A stretch of 64,000 nt of DNA from Collinsella sp. (GTDB taxonomy: Bacteria; Actinomycetota; Coriobacteriia; Coriobacteriales; Coriobacteriaceae): the NCBI GenBank assembly GCA_022739635.1, contig JAIIUG010000001.1:7185-71184 (forward strand), written 5' to 3'. The position numbers were made by a program, and so were the translations under genes. Positions 18,104-28,371 of this stretch are shown one piece after another (the stretch's first letter is position 1; the number at the start of each line of letters is the position of its first letter). The notes under the pieces were generated by a model. The model ran no database searches, was not told where the DNA came from, and was given only the letters and a program-made list of their open reading frames with translations.

Positions 18104-19666
18104 TTATTTACCGTCGTCGTCCTCGGCTTCTTCTCTTGCATAGAGCTCCAGCATGCGGCGGCGGTATTCACGCACGGCGAGCTTGGCGCGCTCCAGGCGG
18201 CGACGCTCGCGCGGAGTCAGCTCGGACGGGTCGACCTCGTCTCCATAGGTCTTGTCGGCAAGCAGGTGCGCCGCGTCCACGATGCGGGCATCGATGTGGC
18301 CGCTCGCCGCCTCGGCGGAAAGACGCTCGGCAATCGTATCGAGCGTAGGCAGGCCCTCGAATACGCGACCGTGACCATGCGAGGTCAGCAGCTCGTGCTC
18401 GCGTGCGAGCAGGCTCGCCAAATCGTGATGGGCACGCAGGATGTCGAACGCATCGGATGGATGCTCGGCGACCTCTGCCACGGCGGCGACCGGCGCGGCG
18501 TCGACCACGCGGTAGAAGAGCTGCGCGAGCAGCGGCATCAAGAACACCGTGATGGCGCCGGCGGCAACCATGACCGACGCAATATCTTGCGACAGCGCGC
18601 CCGCGTTGACGGCAACGCTCGTCACGGCAACGATGATCGGCAGGGCCGTGGTGCAGTAGAGCGCCACGGTAATGCGGCCATACGCCGAGACATCGCGCGT
18701 CGCAGGACAAATGCTCATAGAGACAAGAATCGGCGCCGCGCGAATGATCAGCAGCGCCACGATAAAGCCCGCGAGCAGCCCGGGACGCGACGCCACGGCC
18801 GTCAGGTCGATCTTTGCGCCCGATACAGTAAAGAACACCGGAATCAAAAAGCCGTAGGCCAGGCCGTCGAGCTTGGTTTCGAGCGTGTGGTTGCCCTCGG
18901 GGATGATATAGCGCAGGACAAAGCCGGCGGCAAAAGAACCCAACACGATATCGAGGTCAAAGACGGCCGAAAACGCCACGAGCGTGACCAGGATGAGCAC
19001 CGTCAGGCGCACGAAGGTCTGCGACGTGGTATCGGCGCGCTCCTCGACAAACGCAAAGAAGCGGCTGCCGACGCGCTTGGAGCGGCTCGGGACCACGGCC
19101 AGTAACACGCAAACCACCGCAAACAAGCCAAGGATTACGAGCGTTTGGATGCCAGTGCGAGCAGACAGCAGCACCGACATGGCAAGCACGGGACCGAGCT
19201 CGCCCCAAGTGCCATACGCGAGAATCGAGTCGCCCACGCGCGTGCCGGTGAGCGAGCGCTCGCGCATGATGGGCACGAGCGTGCCGAGCGCCGTAGAAGT
19301 GAGGGCAAGCGTCACGGCGATACCGTCGAAATGACTGACCGAGAACCACGGGGTAAAGCGCACGGCAAGCCAGGCGATACCAAACGTGACGACCCACGTC
19401 GCCAAGCCGTAGCGCCCCTCGACACCCGTGATGCTCTTGGGGTCGATCTCAAAGCCGGCGAGCAGGAACAAAAAGGCCAGGCCGAGCTCGGACACAAGCG
19501 AGACCTCGGCATCTACATGGATGACCCCGAGCATATGGGGTCCCAGCACCGCACCGAACACGAGCAAAAAGACGGTCTCGGGAACGGGTTTTCCGGGAAT
19601 CGCCGAGGCGATGAAGGGGCTTGCAAAGGCCACGAGCGCGATGATGGCGAGTGAAACGAATGCCAT
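18104..19666 (-). CDS. Cation:proton antiporter (CPA2/Kef-like) with a C-terminal soluble tail
   Basis: 520 aa. About 12 hydrophobic segments are followed by a roughly 130-aa charged tail. The overall pattern resembles the Na+/H+ exchanger family. Confidence 0.8.
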   Translation of the reverse strand: MAFVSLAIIALVAFASPFIASAIPGKPVPETVFLLVFGAVLGPHMLGVIHVDAEVSLVSELGLAFLFLLAGFEIDPKSITGVEGRYGLATWVVTFGIAWLAVRFTPWFSVSHFDGIAVTLALTSTALGTLVPIMRERSLTGTRVGDSILAYGTWGELGPVLAMSVLLSARTGIQTLVILGLFAVVCVLLAVVPSRSKRVGSRFFAFVEERADTTSQTFVRLTVLILVTLVAFSAVFDLDIVLGSFAAGFVLRYIIPEGNHTLETKLDGLAYGFLIPVFFTVSGAKIDLTAVASRPGLLAGFIVALLIIRAAPILVSMSICPATRDVSAYGRITVALYCTTALPIIVAVTSVAVNAGALSQDIASVMVAAGAITVFLMPLLAQLFYRVVDAAPVAAVAEVAEHPSDAFDILRAHHDLASLLAREHELLTSHGHGRVFEGLPTLDTIAERLSAEAASGHIDARIVDAAHLLADKTYGDEVDPSELTPRERRRLERAKLAVREYRRRMLELYAREEAEDDDGK

Positions 19667-19850
19667 GTGATGCCTTTCTCTTGTTTGCGCATCACTGTAG
19701 CACCCTCGCCGTCCTCAACGCGCCGCGAGCTGTCGTATCATAGTGAGGTTTACAAACATGTGGCTCAAGGCGACCGCGAGGCTTGCCCCGCAAACCGACC
19801 GCTGCCGCATACCGTACCGTACGCCCAACCGATCAGGAAGGCAGGAACCA

Positions 19851-22800
19851 ATGGTCTCTCGTATCTACGTGGAGAAGAAACCCGGGTTCGACGTCGAGGC
19901 TCAGCAGCTCAAGGGCGAGCTGACCGAGATTCTCGGCATCAAGGGCATCGAGGCCCTGAGGATCATCAACCGCTACGACGTCGAGGGCATCGACGAGGAG
20001 CTTTTCCGCTCCTGCGTGCCGACCGTCTTTAGCGAGCCCCAGGTCGATGTGACCTACGACGAGCTCCCCGCAAGCGATGGCGCCGTCTTTGCCGTCGAAT
20101 TCCTGCCTGGCCAGTTTGACCAGCGCGCCGACTCCGCCAGCGAGTGCGTGCAGCTCATCAGCCAGGGCGAGCGCCCCGCCGTGCGCTCCGCCAAGGTCTA
20201 TATGATCTCGGGCACTCTGGACGAAGCCGCCATCGAGGCCATCAAGCACTACGTGGTGAACCCCGTCGAGGCGCGCATCGCCTCGCTCGACCTGCCCGAG
20301 ACGCTGTACATGGAGACCCCCGAGCCCCAGCCCGTCGAGGTGCTCGACGGCTTCCGCGAGCTCGATGAGGCCGGCCTTGCCGCCTTTATCTCCGAGCGCG
20401 GTCTTGCCATGGACGAGGCGGACATCGCCTTCTGCCAGCAGTACTTCCGCGATGAGGATCGCGACCCCACCATCACCGAGATCCGCGTGATCGACACCTA
20501 CTGGTCCGATCACTGCCGTCACACCACCTTCGGCACCGTCCTGGACGACGTGACGATCGACGACGCCGTGGTGCAGCAGGCCTTCGACCGCTACATGGAG
20601 ATGCGCCACGAGCTCGGTCGCGACGCCAAGCCCGTCTGCCTCATGGACATGGGCACCATCGGCGCCAAGTACCTTAAGAAGACCGGCGTCATGACCGATG
20701 TCGACGAGTCCGAGGAGATCAACGCCTGCACCGTCAAGGTGAAGGTCGATGTCGACGGCGAGGACCAGGACTGGCTGTTCCTGTTTAAGAACGAGACCCA
20801 CAACCACCCGACCGAGATCGAGCCCTTCGGCGGTGCCGCCACCTGCGTGGGCGGCGCCATCCGCGACCCGCTCTCGGGCCGCAGCTACGTGTACCAGGCC
20901 ATGCGTGTCACCGGCGCCGGCGACCCCACCGTCCCGGTTTCCGAGACGCTCGAGGGCAAGCTGCCGCAGCGCAAGCTCGTAACCACCGCCGCCGCCGGCT
21001 ACTCCAGCTACGGCAACCAGATCGGCCTTGCCACCGGCCAGGTCAACGAGCTCTATCACCCCGGCTACGTGGCCAAGCGCATGGAGGTCGGCGCCGTGGT
21101 GGGCGCTACCCCGGCAAACCACGTGCGCCGCGAGTGCCCCGCCCCCACCGACAAGATCATCCTGCTGGGCGGCCGCACCGGCCGTGACGGCATCGGCGGC
21201 GCCACCGGCTCCTCCAAGACTCAGAACACCGAGTCCATCGAGACCTCGGGCGCCGAGGTCCAGAAGGGCAACGCCCCGGTCGAGCGCAAGCTGCAGCGTC
21301 TGTTCCGCCGCGGCGACGCCTGCCGCCTGATCAAGCGCTGCAACGACTTTGGCGCCGGCGGCGTCTCGGTCGCCGTGGGCGAGCTTGCCGACGGCCTGTA
21401 TGTCGACCTGGACACCGTGACCAAGAAGTACGACGGCCTGGACGGCACCGAGCTCGCCATCTCCGAGTCCCAGGAGCGTATGGCCTGCGCCGTCGCCGAC
21501 GGTGACGTCGAGGAGTTCATGGGCTACGCCGCCGAGGAGAACCTCGAGGCGACCGTTATCGCCGAGGTTACCGCCGAGCCGCGCATGCGCATGGCCTGGA
21601 ACGGTGTCGCCATCGTCGACCTATCCCGAGAGTTCCTCAACTCCAACGGCGCGCCCAAGCACCAGGTCGCCCACGTGTGCGCCCGCAGCGTGTGGCAGCC
21701 CAGCTGGGCCGGCACCACGCTTGCCGAGCGCATGACCTCGCTTGTCACCGACCTCAACGTCGCCTCCAACAAGGGCCTTTCCGAGCGCTTCGACTCCACC
21801 ATCGGTGCCGCAACCGTGCTTATGCCCTTTGGCGGCAAGACGCAGCTCACCCCGAGCTCGGCCATGGTCGCCAAGTTCCCCGTGGACGGCGAGACCACCA
21901 CGGCAAGCGCCATGGCATGGGGCTTCAACCCCTACCTGATGGAAGCCGACCAGTTTGCTGGCGCCTACCTGTCCGTGGTCGAGTCCATCGCCAAGCTCGT
22001 GGCTGCCGGCTTTGAGCACAAGCGCGCCTATCTCTCCTTCCAGGAGTATTTCGAGCGTCTGCGCACCGAGGCCGAACGCTGGGGCAAGCCCACGGCGGCC
22101 GTCCTGGGCGCCCTCATGGCCCAAGTCGACCTGGGTGCCGGCGCCATCGGTGGCAAAGATTCCATGAGCGGCTCGTTTGAGGACGAAGCCGGCGAGCTCA
22201 ACGTTCCGCCGACTCTGATCAGCTTCGCCGTGGCCGTGGGCCGCGCAGCGCGCGCCGTCTCCCCTGAGTTCAAGGGCCTGACGCACCGCGTCGTTCGCAT
22301 CGCCCCCGCCACCTACGGCGAGGACTACCGTCCCGACTCCCAGCAGCTGCTCGCCGCGTTTGACGCCGTCGAGGCGCTCACTGCTACCGGCGACGCCCTG
22401 GCCGTCTCCACGCCCGGCTACGGCTGCGGCGCCGAGAGCCTCTTTAAGATGTGCGTCGGCAACCAGATCGGTATCGAGCTTGCCGAGGATGTGGACGTGG
22501 AGAGCCTCTTCACCCCGCTCTATGGCAGCTTTATCGTCGAGCTCGCCGAGGATGCCGAGCTGCCCGAGGTCGCCGACGGCGTTGTCGTCGAGCCCCTGGG
22601 CACCACCGTCGAGGGCTATGTCATCGACACCGGCTCCGAGGTCATCGAGCTCGCCGAGCTCCAGGAGGCCTGGGAGAGCGGCATCGAGGGCGTCTTCGCT
22701 TACCGCAGCGCCGGCGAGACCCCCGAGGTCGAGGCCATCGACTTCCGCGCCAAGGATATCCACGTGTACGGCGGCGCCAAGATCGCCCGCCCGCGTGTGA

Positions 22801-23597
22801 TCATCCCCGTGTTCCCCGGCAACAACTGCGAGTACGACAGCGCCCGCGCCTTCCGTGCCGCCGGTGCCGAGGCCGACACCTTCGTGATCAACAACCTCAC
22901 GCCCGAGGCCGTCGCCGAGAGCACCCACGAGCTTGCCCGCCGCATCCGCGCAAGCCAGATCGTCATGATCCCCGGCGGCTTCTCGGGCGGCGACGAGCCC
23001 GATGGCTCCGCCAAGTTCATCACGGCGTTCTTCCGCGCTCCCGAGGTCACCGAGGCAGTCCGCGACCTGCTCAAGGCCCGCGATGGCCTGATGCTGGGCA
23101 TTTGCAACGGCTTCCAGGCCCTGATCAAGCTCGGTCTGGTGCCCTACGGTGACATCGTCGACGCCACGCCCGATGCGCCCACGCTGACGTTCAACACCAT
23201 CGGTCGCCATCAGAGCCGCCTGGTGCGCACCCGCATCTCGTCCAACCTGTCCCCGTGGCTGTCGCAGTGCAGCCTGGACGACCCCTACACCGTCGCCATC
23301 AGCCACGGCGAGGGCCGCTTTGTCGCCAACGACGAGGTGCTCGCCCAGCTGATCGCCAACGGCCAGGTCGCCACGCAGTACGTGGGCGAGGACGGCAAGC
23401 CCAGCATGGATCTTTCCGTCAACCCCAACGGCTCCGCACTCGCCATCGAGGGCATCACGAGCCCCGACGGCCGCGTCCTGGGCAAGATGGGCCATGCCGA
23501 GCGTCGCGGCGACAACCTGTACCGTAACGTGCCCGAGCATGTCCCCGGCGATAAGTTCATGCCAATCTTTGAGAGCGGCGTAGCCTATTTCGCTTAA
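19851..23597 (+). CDS. purL: Phosphoribosylformylglycinamidine synthase, large single-chain type
   Basis: ORF track gives 19743..23597. I moved the start to M37 (MVSRIYVEKKPGFDVEAQQL). Contains duplicated AIR-synthase-like modules and a fused C-terminal glutaminase (LGICNGFQALIKLG, ISHGEGRF). Confidence 0.95.
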   Translation: MVSRIYVEKKPGFDVEAQQLKGELTEILGIKGIEALRIINRYDVEGIDEELFRSCVPTVFSEPQVDVTYDELPASDGAVFAVEFLPGQFDQRADSASECVQLISQGERPAVRSAKVYMISGTLDEAAIEAIKHYVVNPVEARIASLDLPETLYMETPEPQPVEVLDGFRELDEAGLAAFISERGLAMDEADIAFCQQYFRDEDRDPTITEIRVIDTYWSDHCRHTTFGTVLDDVTIDDAVVQQAFDRYMEMRHELGRDAKPVCLMDMGTIGAKYLKKTGVMTDVDESEEINACTVKVKVDVDGEDQDWLFLFKNETHNHPTEIEPFGGAATCVGGAIRDPLSGRSYVYQAMRVTGAGDPTVPVSETLEGKLPQRKLVTTAAAGYSSYGNQIGLATGQVNELYHPGYVAKRMEVGAVVGATPANHVRRECPAPTDKIILLGGRTGRDGIGGATGSSKTQNTESIETSGAEVQKGNAPVERKLQRLFRRGDACRLIKRCNDFGAGGVSVAVGELADGLYVDLDTVTKKYDGLDGTELAISESQERMACAVADGDVEEFMGYAAEENLEATVIAEVTAEPRMRMAWNGVAIVDLSREFLNSNGAPKHQVAHVCARSVWQPSWAGTTLAERMTSLVTDLNVASNKGLSERFDSTIGAATVLMPFGGKTQLTPSSAMVAKFPVDGETTTASAMAWGFNPYLMEADQFAGAYLSVVESIAKLVAAGFEHKRAYLSFQEYFERLRTEAERWGKPTAAVLGALMAQVDLGAGAIGGKDSMSGSFEDEAGELNVPPTLISFAVAVGRAARAVSPEFKGLTHRVVRIAPATYGEDYRPDSQQLLAAFDAVEALTATGDALAVSTPGYGCGAESLFKMCVGNQIGIELAEDVDVESLFTPLYGSFIVELAEDAELPEVADGVVVEPLGTTVEGYVIDTGSEVIELAELQEAWESGIEGVFAYRSAGETPEVEAIDFRAKDIHVYGGAKIARPRVIIPVFPGNNCEYDSARAFRAAGAEADTFVINNLTPEAVAESTHELARRIRASQIVMIPGGFSGGDEPDGSAKFITAFFRAPEVTEAVRDLLKARDGLMLGICNGFQALIKLGLVPYGDIVDATPDAPTLTFNTIGRHQSRLVRTRISSNLSPWLSQCSLDDPYTVAISHGEGRFVANDEVLAQLIANGQVATQYVGEDGKPSMDLSVNPNGSALAIEGITSPDGRVLGKMGHAERRGDNLYRNVPEHVPGDKFMPIFESGVAYFA

Positions 23598-23634
23598 TAC
23601 GTTCCCATCGGGTACAATCCCCTCGGGTAACAAC

Positions 23635-23671
23635 ACCCGCCACCGGCACGCCCGGTGGCGGGTTCTTTTTT
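23635..23671 (+). terminator. Rho-independent terminator after purL
   Basis: ACCCGCCACCGG-cacgc-CCGGTGGCGGGT followed by TCTTTTTT. Confidence 0.85.
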
Positions 23672-23698
23672 GCTTCGCGCGTATAGGAGAAGAACATC

Positions 23699-24634
23699 AT
23701 GGAAAGCCGCAAGCCGTATCTCGCCACCCTGCCCGGACTCATCCTGGGCTGCCTCGTTTGCTGCGCGCTCTGGGGCTCCGCCTTCCCCTGCATCAAGATT
23801 GGCTACGGCCTCTTTGGCATTCCCGCGCACGACAGCGCCTCGCAGCTGCTCTTCGCGGGCCTGCGCTTCACCCTTGCCGGCATGCTGGTCATTGTTGGCA
23901 TGAGCGTGGCCCAGCGCCGTCCGCTCGTTCCGCAAGTGCGCGATATCAAGCCCATCTGCATCTTGTCGCTCTTCCAGACTATCGGGCAGTACTTCTTTTT
24001 CTACCTGGGACTCTCGCGCGCCAGCGCCATGTCGAGTTCCATCATCGAGGCCAGCGCCAACTTCCTCGCAATCCTCTTTGCCGCCCTGGCGTTTCGCACC
24101 GAAAAGCTCGATGCGGCCAAGGTGCTCGGCTGCGCACTGGGCTTTGCCGGTGTCGCGCTCGTCAACCTTTCGGGCGCGGACGGTACCTTTGGCTTTACGC
24201 TCGACGGCGAGGGCTTTATCCTGGCCTCCACCGTCGCGGGTGCCCTTTCGACCTGCCTGATCGGCATCTTCTCGCGCGAGCACGACGGCGTCTTGCTTGC
24301 CGGGTGGCAGTTCTTGGTCGGCGGCCTGGTCCTCACCGCCATCGGCTTTTTGATGGGCGGCACGCTCTCCCCCACGGCGATTGCCCCCGCCATCGCGCTC
24401 ATCATCTACATGGCGCTTATCTCCGCGGTCGCGTACTCGCTGTGGTCGCGCCTGCTTGCCGTCAACCCCGTAAGCCGCGTTTCGGTCTTTGGCTTTATGA
24501 ACCCAGTCTTTGGCGTGCTGCTGAGCGCGCTGCTGCTCGGCGAGGGCGCTGGCACGAGCCCCGTTACCGTCATCGTTGCCCTGCTGTTGGTCTGCGGCGG
24601 CATCATCATCGTCAACAAACCCAAAAAGGCCTAG
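23699..24634 (+). CDS. EamA/DMT-family transporter
   Basis: 311 aa with about 10 TM segments arranged as two EamA-like halves. Confidence 0.85.
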   Translation: MESRKPYLATLPGLILGCLVCCALWGSAFPCIKIGYGLFGIPAHDSASQLLFAGLRFTLAGMLVIVGMSVAQRRPLVPQVRDIKPICILSLFQTIGQYFFFYLGLSRASAMSSSIIEASANFLAILFAALAFRTEKLDAAKVLGCALGFAGVALVNLSGADGTFGFTLDGEGFILASTVAGALSTCLIGIFSREHDGVLLAGWQFLVGGLVLTAIGFLMGGTLSPTAIAPAIALIIYMALISAVAYSLWSRLLAVNPVSRVSVFGFMNPVFGVLLSALLLGEGAGTSPVTVIVALLLVCGGIIIVNKPKKA

Positions 24635-24703
24635 CGAGCTCACTTTTTTGAGAGGTTGTTCGCACACTTTAGCTTATTGGAGTACATCGGTGAGCTGAGG
24701 GCC

Positions 24704-24732
24704 GCCACGCACGCAAGCGTGCGCCCCTTTTT
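24704..24732 (+). terminator. Weak hairpin plus T-run after the EamA gene
   Basis: GCACGC..GCGTGC, a 6-7 bp GC stem followed by CCCCTTTTTC. The stem is short and the loop tight, so confidence is low. Confidence 0.4.
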
Positions 24733-25893
24733 CTAGCGTATCTGAACGCCGGCTTTCTTTTTCTCGGCCTTGACGCGGTAGAGCTCCGCATCGGCAGCGC
24801 GAAGTAAGTCTTGCCAGGTATCAACACTATCGCCGACCCGCGCGTAACCAATGGACATCCGCAATGCATACGGCACCTCGGCACGAGCGAGCTCGTCGTT
24901 AATCGCCGAACACAGGTCCATGATGTCCTGCTCCGCCACTGCCTTTTGAAGCACCACGAACTCATCGCCGCCATAACGTGCGATAAAGCCACCAGACGCC
25001 GAGCAGACCTCTTTGAGCGTAGCAGATACGACCTGGAGGGCATGGTCGCCCTCCACATGTCCATAGCGATCGTTAATCTGCTTAAAGCCGTCAGCGTCCA
25101 TCATGAGCAGATACACATCTTCGGCCTGATCCACATTTGAGAAGAGCGACAGCATATAGGTCTCAAAACGGTTGCGATTGTTGAGGCCAGTCAATGGGTC
25201 GGTCGAGATTAGCTGCTCCTGGTAGACGATGTAGAGCAGCAGGATGCTCAGCGTTATACCGACACAAAGGCCCGGTACCGAAAACAAAACCTGGAAGGTA
25301 CCGCCCACCAGAGCGGGAACCACAAAAAAGGCGAGGGTGCGATAAATGGCCTTCGTTTGCAGGCTTTCGACTTTTCGAGCCTGAATAAAGGCATGCAAGG
25401 ACGTATATATGATGTAGCAGTAGCTAACAATAGGTTGAATCATATAAAGCGCTCCGCGACGATATACGCCCTGCGCATCGATATAGAACATAGCGTGCGT
25501 CCAGTAGCTGGTAAATGCCAGCACGACCACCAATACGGTTGGCAACGTCACGAGCGCCACCCTATAGCGCGCGGTCAAAAGGCGTGAGCCTTGCATCGTC
25601 TCGGAATAGAAAAACCAAATGAGGCACGCGATGGCGAACAGCGAAAACGAGACCGCGTTGGAAATCCAGTTGGCCGTGATGCCTACAGGAGTGCTTACGC
25701 CGTCCGAGAGCGTCCAGATCATATCGAAGAAAATGTAGGCAGCAGAGGTGTAGCCGAGCATGCTAAACAAGAGCTGCTGGGTACTCGAGAACAAGGAGCG
25801 ACGGCTTCGTGCGGCAAGCCCGATAAGAACAATCATGCATAGCAGGAATATCTCAATCTTGAGTGCCTTAACCACTAGACGCCATCCCTTCAA
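24733..25893 (-). CDS. Membrane-bound diguanylate cyclase (GGDEF domain)
   Basis: N-terminal half has about 6-7 TM helices. The C-terminal GGDEF domain has an intact RYGGDEFVVL motif. GC is visibly lower than in the neighbouring genes. Confidence 0.85.
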   Translation of the reverse strand: MKGWRLVVKALKIEIFLLCMIVLIGLAARSRRSLFSSTQQLLFSMLGYTSAAYIFFDMIWTLSDGVSTPVGITANWISNAVSFSLFAIACLIWFFYSETMQGSRLLTARYRVALVTLPTVLVVVLAFTSYWTHAMFYIDAQGVYRRGALYMIQPIVSYCYIIYTSLHAFIQARKVESLQTKAIYRTLAFFVVPALVGGTFQVLFSVPGLCVGITLSILLLYIVYQEQLISTDPLTGLNNRNRFETYMLSLFSNVDQAEDVYLLMMDADGFKQINDRYGHVEGDHALQVVSATLKEVCSASGGFIARYGGDEFVVLQKAVAEQDIMDLCSAINDELARAEVPYALRMSIGYARVGDSVDTWQDLLRAADAELYRVKAEKKKAGVQIR

Positions 25894-26062
25894 TATCCAA
25901 GTGGTCAGAATCGCCCGATTCGTGTCTGGGCAATAAACACCCCTACTCCGCAGGGGTAAGGGGAATCATAGCAGAGCGCCCGAACGTCACTGCAAGACAG
26001 CTTTCGTTCGGGCGTTCAAACGGCGCGAATTGCACGCCGGCATCATTGATTGGTAGCGATTG

Positions 26063-27085
26063 CTACTCACCGTCGATATCGGTTGCGACAGCCTCCTCGA
26101 TGGCCTCGACACCGGCGGGCGACAGATCCTCTTTGCCGTGGCAGAACTTCTTATCGACCCAGCCGGTCAGAATCGGGGCCATGATTGCCGTGATGATGAC
26201 GGCGGTGGCGATCTGCGCATACGCGGTGGGCGCAAGCTCGGCATAGCGCGGAGCGACCTCGGCGAGGGCGACCGGCGTGGTCATGGCCGTGCCGGCGATA
26301 GTGGAGCATGCCACAGCCGCCTTACCGTTGCCGCCACACAGGCGCTCGAAGGCAAAGGTAATGGGACCGACGATAAAGAGCGTGATGAGGCCCAGCAGGA
26401 TGCCCGAAATGCCGCCGGTGATGAAGCTCGACAGGCTCATGGACGCACCGAGCTGAAAACCGATAACGGTAATCGCGGGATTGGCGCCGGGAACCAGCAG
26501 GTTCTTGATGAACGGGAACAAGTTACCCAGGACCATGCCGATAACAAGCGGCAGGATGGATCCGATGATGGTGCCGACGGGGATGTTGGCGAGACCCGAG
26601 ACACCGAGGATGATCATGGTGACGGCGGGGCCGGCCGTAAAGAACAGGATACCGACGGCGCCCTGCTCGGACTCATCGCCGAACTCGCCCATGATGCCCG
26701 TGTAGAGTGCCATGTTGCAAAACGTAATGCCGCCGATGATGGAAACCGAGCTCAGGCCCAAAAGGTTGTCGTTAAAGAAATACGCAACGCCCAGACCCAG
26801 CGCGGCCGCCACCACAAGCTTAGGGATCAGCACGACGATGCCGGTCTTGATGGCACCCGGTGTGGACTTAAAGCTGATACCGGCGCCCACAAACAGCAAG
26901 ATCGCGGCAACGATGGTGTTGGAGCCACCGCGGCAGGCAGCCGTAAAGAAGCCGCCGATCTCAAAGACCTGCGGACAGAAAGTGTTGAGCAAAAGGCCAA
27001 CGATCATGGGATAGATCATGATGTCGCCCGGGATACGCGGTACCTTGAATTTCTTTTGCTCGTTGGCGGTCGCTTCCTGTGCCAT
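26063..27085 (-). CDS. 2-keto-3-deoxygluconate permease (KdgT) family transporter
   Basis: ORF track gives 26063..27115. I moved the start to M11 (MAQEATANEQKKFKVPRIPGD). Resembles KdgT along its whole length (IPGDIM..P, TAGPAVTMIILG, PLVIGMVLGNL). Confidence 0.75.
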   Translation of the reverse strand: MAQEATANEQKKFKVPRIPGDIMIYPMIVGLLLNTFCPQVFEIGGFFTAACRGGSNTIVAAILLFVGAGISFKSTPGAIKTGIVVLIPKLVVAAALGLGVAYFFNDNLLGLSSVSIIGGITFCNMALYTGIMGEFGDESEQGAVGILFFTAGPAVTMIILGVSGLANIPVGTIIGSILPLVIGMVLGNLFPFIKNLLVPGANPAITVIGFQLGASMSLSSFITGGISGILLGLITLFIVGPITFAFERLCGGNGKAAVACSTIAGTAMTTPVALAEVAPRYAELAPTAYAQIATAVIITAIMAPILTGWVDKKFCHGKEDLSPAGVEAIEEAVATDIDGE

Positions 27086-27228
27086 GAAACCCCCATTTCC
27101 GCCGACGCAGAACAAAAGCCCACGTCACGCTTTGCTACAGTAAAGTTTGACCATGGTACCAGAAGAAGCAGACCGGCTCGGTGAGAAATTCGATTCGTTG
27201 GGCCGGGACGCTAAACGCGCCCTTGCTT

Positions 27229-27552
27229 TTATACAAGGCTCAAAACGATATAGAACACGATGCCCGAGACGCAGCACCACAACATCGACTTTGTCTTAAT
27301 TGCCACCGCCACGACGCCGGCGGCCGCAATCCAGGGAACCAAGCCCTGCCACAGCCCGGCTTCGAAAGCGCCAGGGCTTATCAAATCGTTAGCAACCAGC
27401 GCCGCAAAGGCTGCAGGTGGAATATAACCCAAGGCCTCGGTGACGCGGGGCGACAGCGTTCTCCCGCGCAACGCAAACGCCGGGGCAATGCGGAAAAACG
27501 CGATGGCCGCCCACGACGACAGCCACAGGACCAAAAACTCATTAACGGGCAT
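27229..27552 (-). CDS. azlD: Branched-chain amino acid exporter small subunit AzlD
   Basis: ORF track gives 27229..27666. I moved the start to M39 (MPVNEFLVLWLSSWAAIAFFRIAPF..), with SD GAGGGAAGGGG. A 107-aa hydrophobic protein that overlaps the azlC stop by 11 nt. Confidence 0.7.
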   Translation of the reverse strand: MPVNEFLVLWLSSWAAIAFFRIAPAFALRGRTLSPRVTEALGYIPPAAFAALVANDLISPGAFEAGLWQGLVPWIAAAGVVAVAIKTKSMLWCCVSGIVFYIVLSLV

Positions 27553-28270
27553 CGCGAGCACCCCTTCCCTCGACGAGGGCATCGCACGCGAGCGCCACAG
27601 CAACGCCGACGAGCACGCTTGCCGGCACGGCGATATTCGTCCACCCCAAGAACTTGCATATGGCAACGGACACCGCAGCCAAAACGGCAGCTACGACATT
27701 GCCGCGCGACAGTCGTTGCGAAAAGAGTAGGCAGATAAAGAGCGATGTGCAGACAAAACCCGCAATAGCGGTAGGAACATCGACAACGGCGCCGACGATG
27801 GCGCCCGTCGTACACGAAACGCCCCATGTTGCAATGAGGATCGCGTTGAGCACAAAGGACTCGAGCGGACCCCAATCCTCCCCTTCAACCAACTTGGCAA
27901 GGGAGATGCCATATGCCTCCTCGGTAAGTGTCGCGGCAACGGCCAGCGTCTGACGCTTCGAGGCACCCGTCAGATGCGGTGCAATCGATGCCGAGTAAAG
28001 AGCAAAGCGCGAAGAGATTGCGGCGACGCTTGCGATAATCGACGCCGCAGGCACACCTGCCAGCCACAGATTGCAGACCATAAACTGTCCGCTGCCCGTC
28101 ACGAACGTGCTGCTCAGAGCAAAAACCATCCAGGGTTCCATTCCCGTCTGCGCCATAATCATTCCGCACGGCACGCCTATCGCAACATAGGTAAGCATCA
28201 CCGGCCAGACGGTTTTAACGATTTTGAGCACCATAGCGTTCCTCGTCCCGACAAGCTTTCCGAGTCGCAT
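27542..28270 (-). CDS. azlC: Branched-chain amino acid exporter AzlC family
   Basis: 242-aa polytopic protein directly upstream of, and coupled to, the AzlD-like gene. The start could instead be at M13. Confidence 0.8.
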   Translation of the reverse strand: MRLGKLVGTRNAMVLKIVKTVWPVMLTYVAIGVPCGMIMAQTGMEPWMVFALSSTFVTGSGQFMVCNLWLAGVPAASIIASVAAISSRFALYSASIAPHLTGASKRQTLAVAATLTEEAYGISLAKLVEGEDWGPLESFVLNAILIATWGVSCTTGAIVGAVVDVPTAIAGFVCTSLFICLLFSQRLSRGNVVAAVLAAVSVAICKFLGWTNIAVPASVLVGVAVALACDALVEGRGARDAR

Positions 28271-28371
28271 TCAACGACATGGCAGAATCATCGCCCGGCA
28301 GCAACCGAGTTCACCTACAATTGCCACCGGATCGAAAGACACAGAAAGACACAACTTTTTAGGAAGTCATT

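Noticed and set aside
19667-19850. ZTP/purine-type riboswitch upstream of purL
   Set aside because: I could not find the conserved pfl/ZTP elements (such as CCGCCUGGGC) or a purine-riboswitch junction by eye. An Infernal scan would settle it.
19833-23636. 429-aa and 671-aa minus-strand ORFs (19833..21122 and 21621..23636)
   Set aside because: Both are antisense to purL. They are G/A/D/L/V-rich shadow frames.
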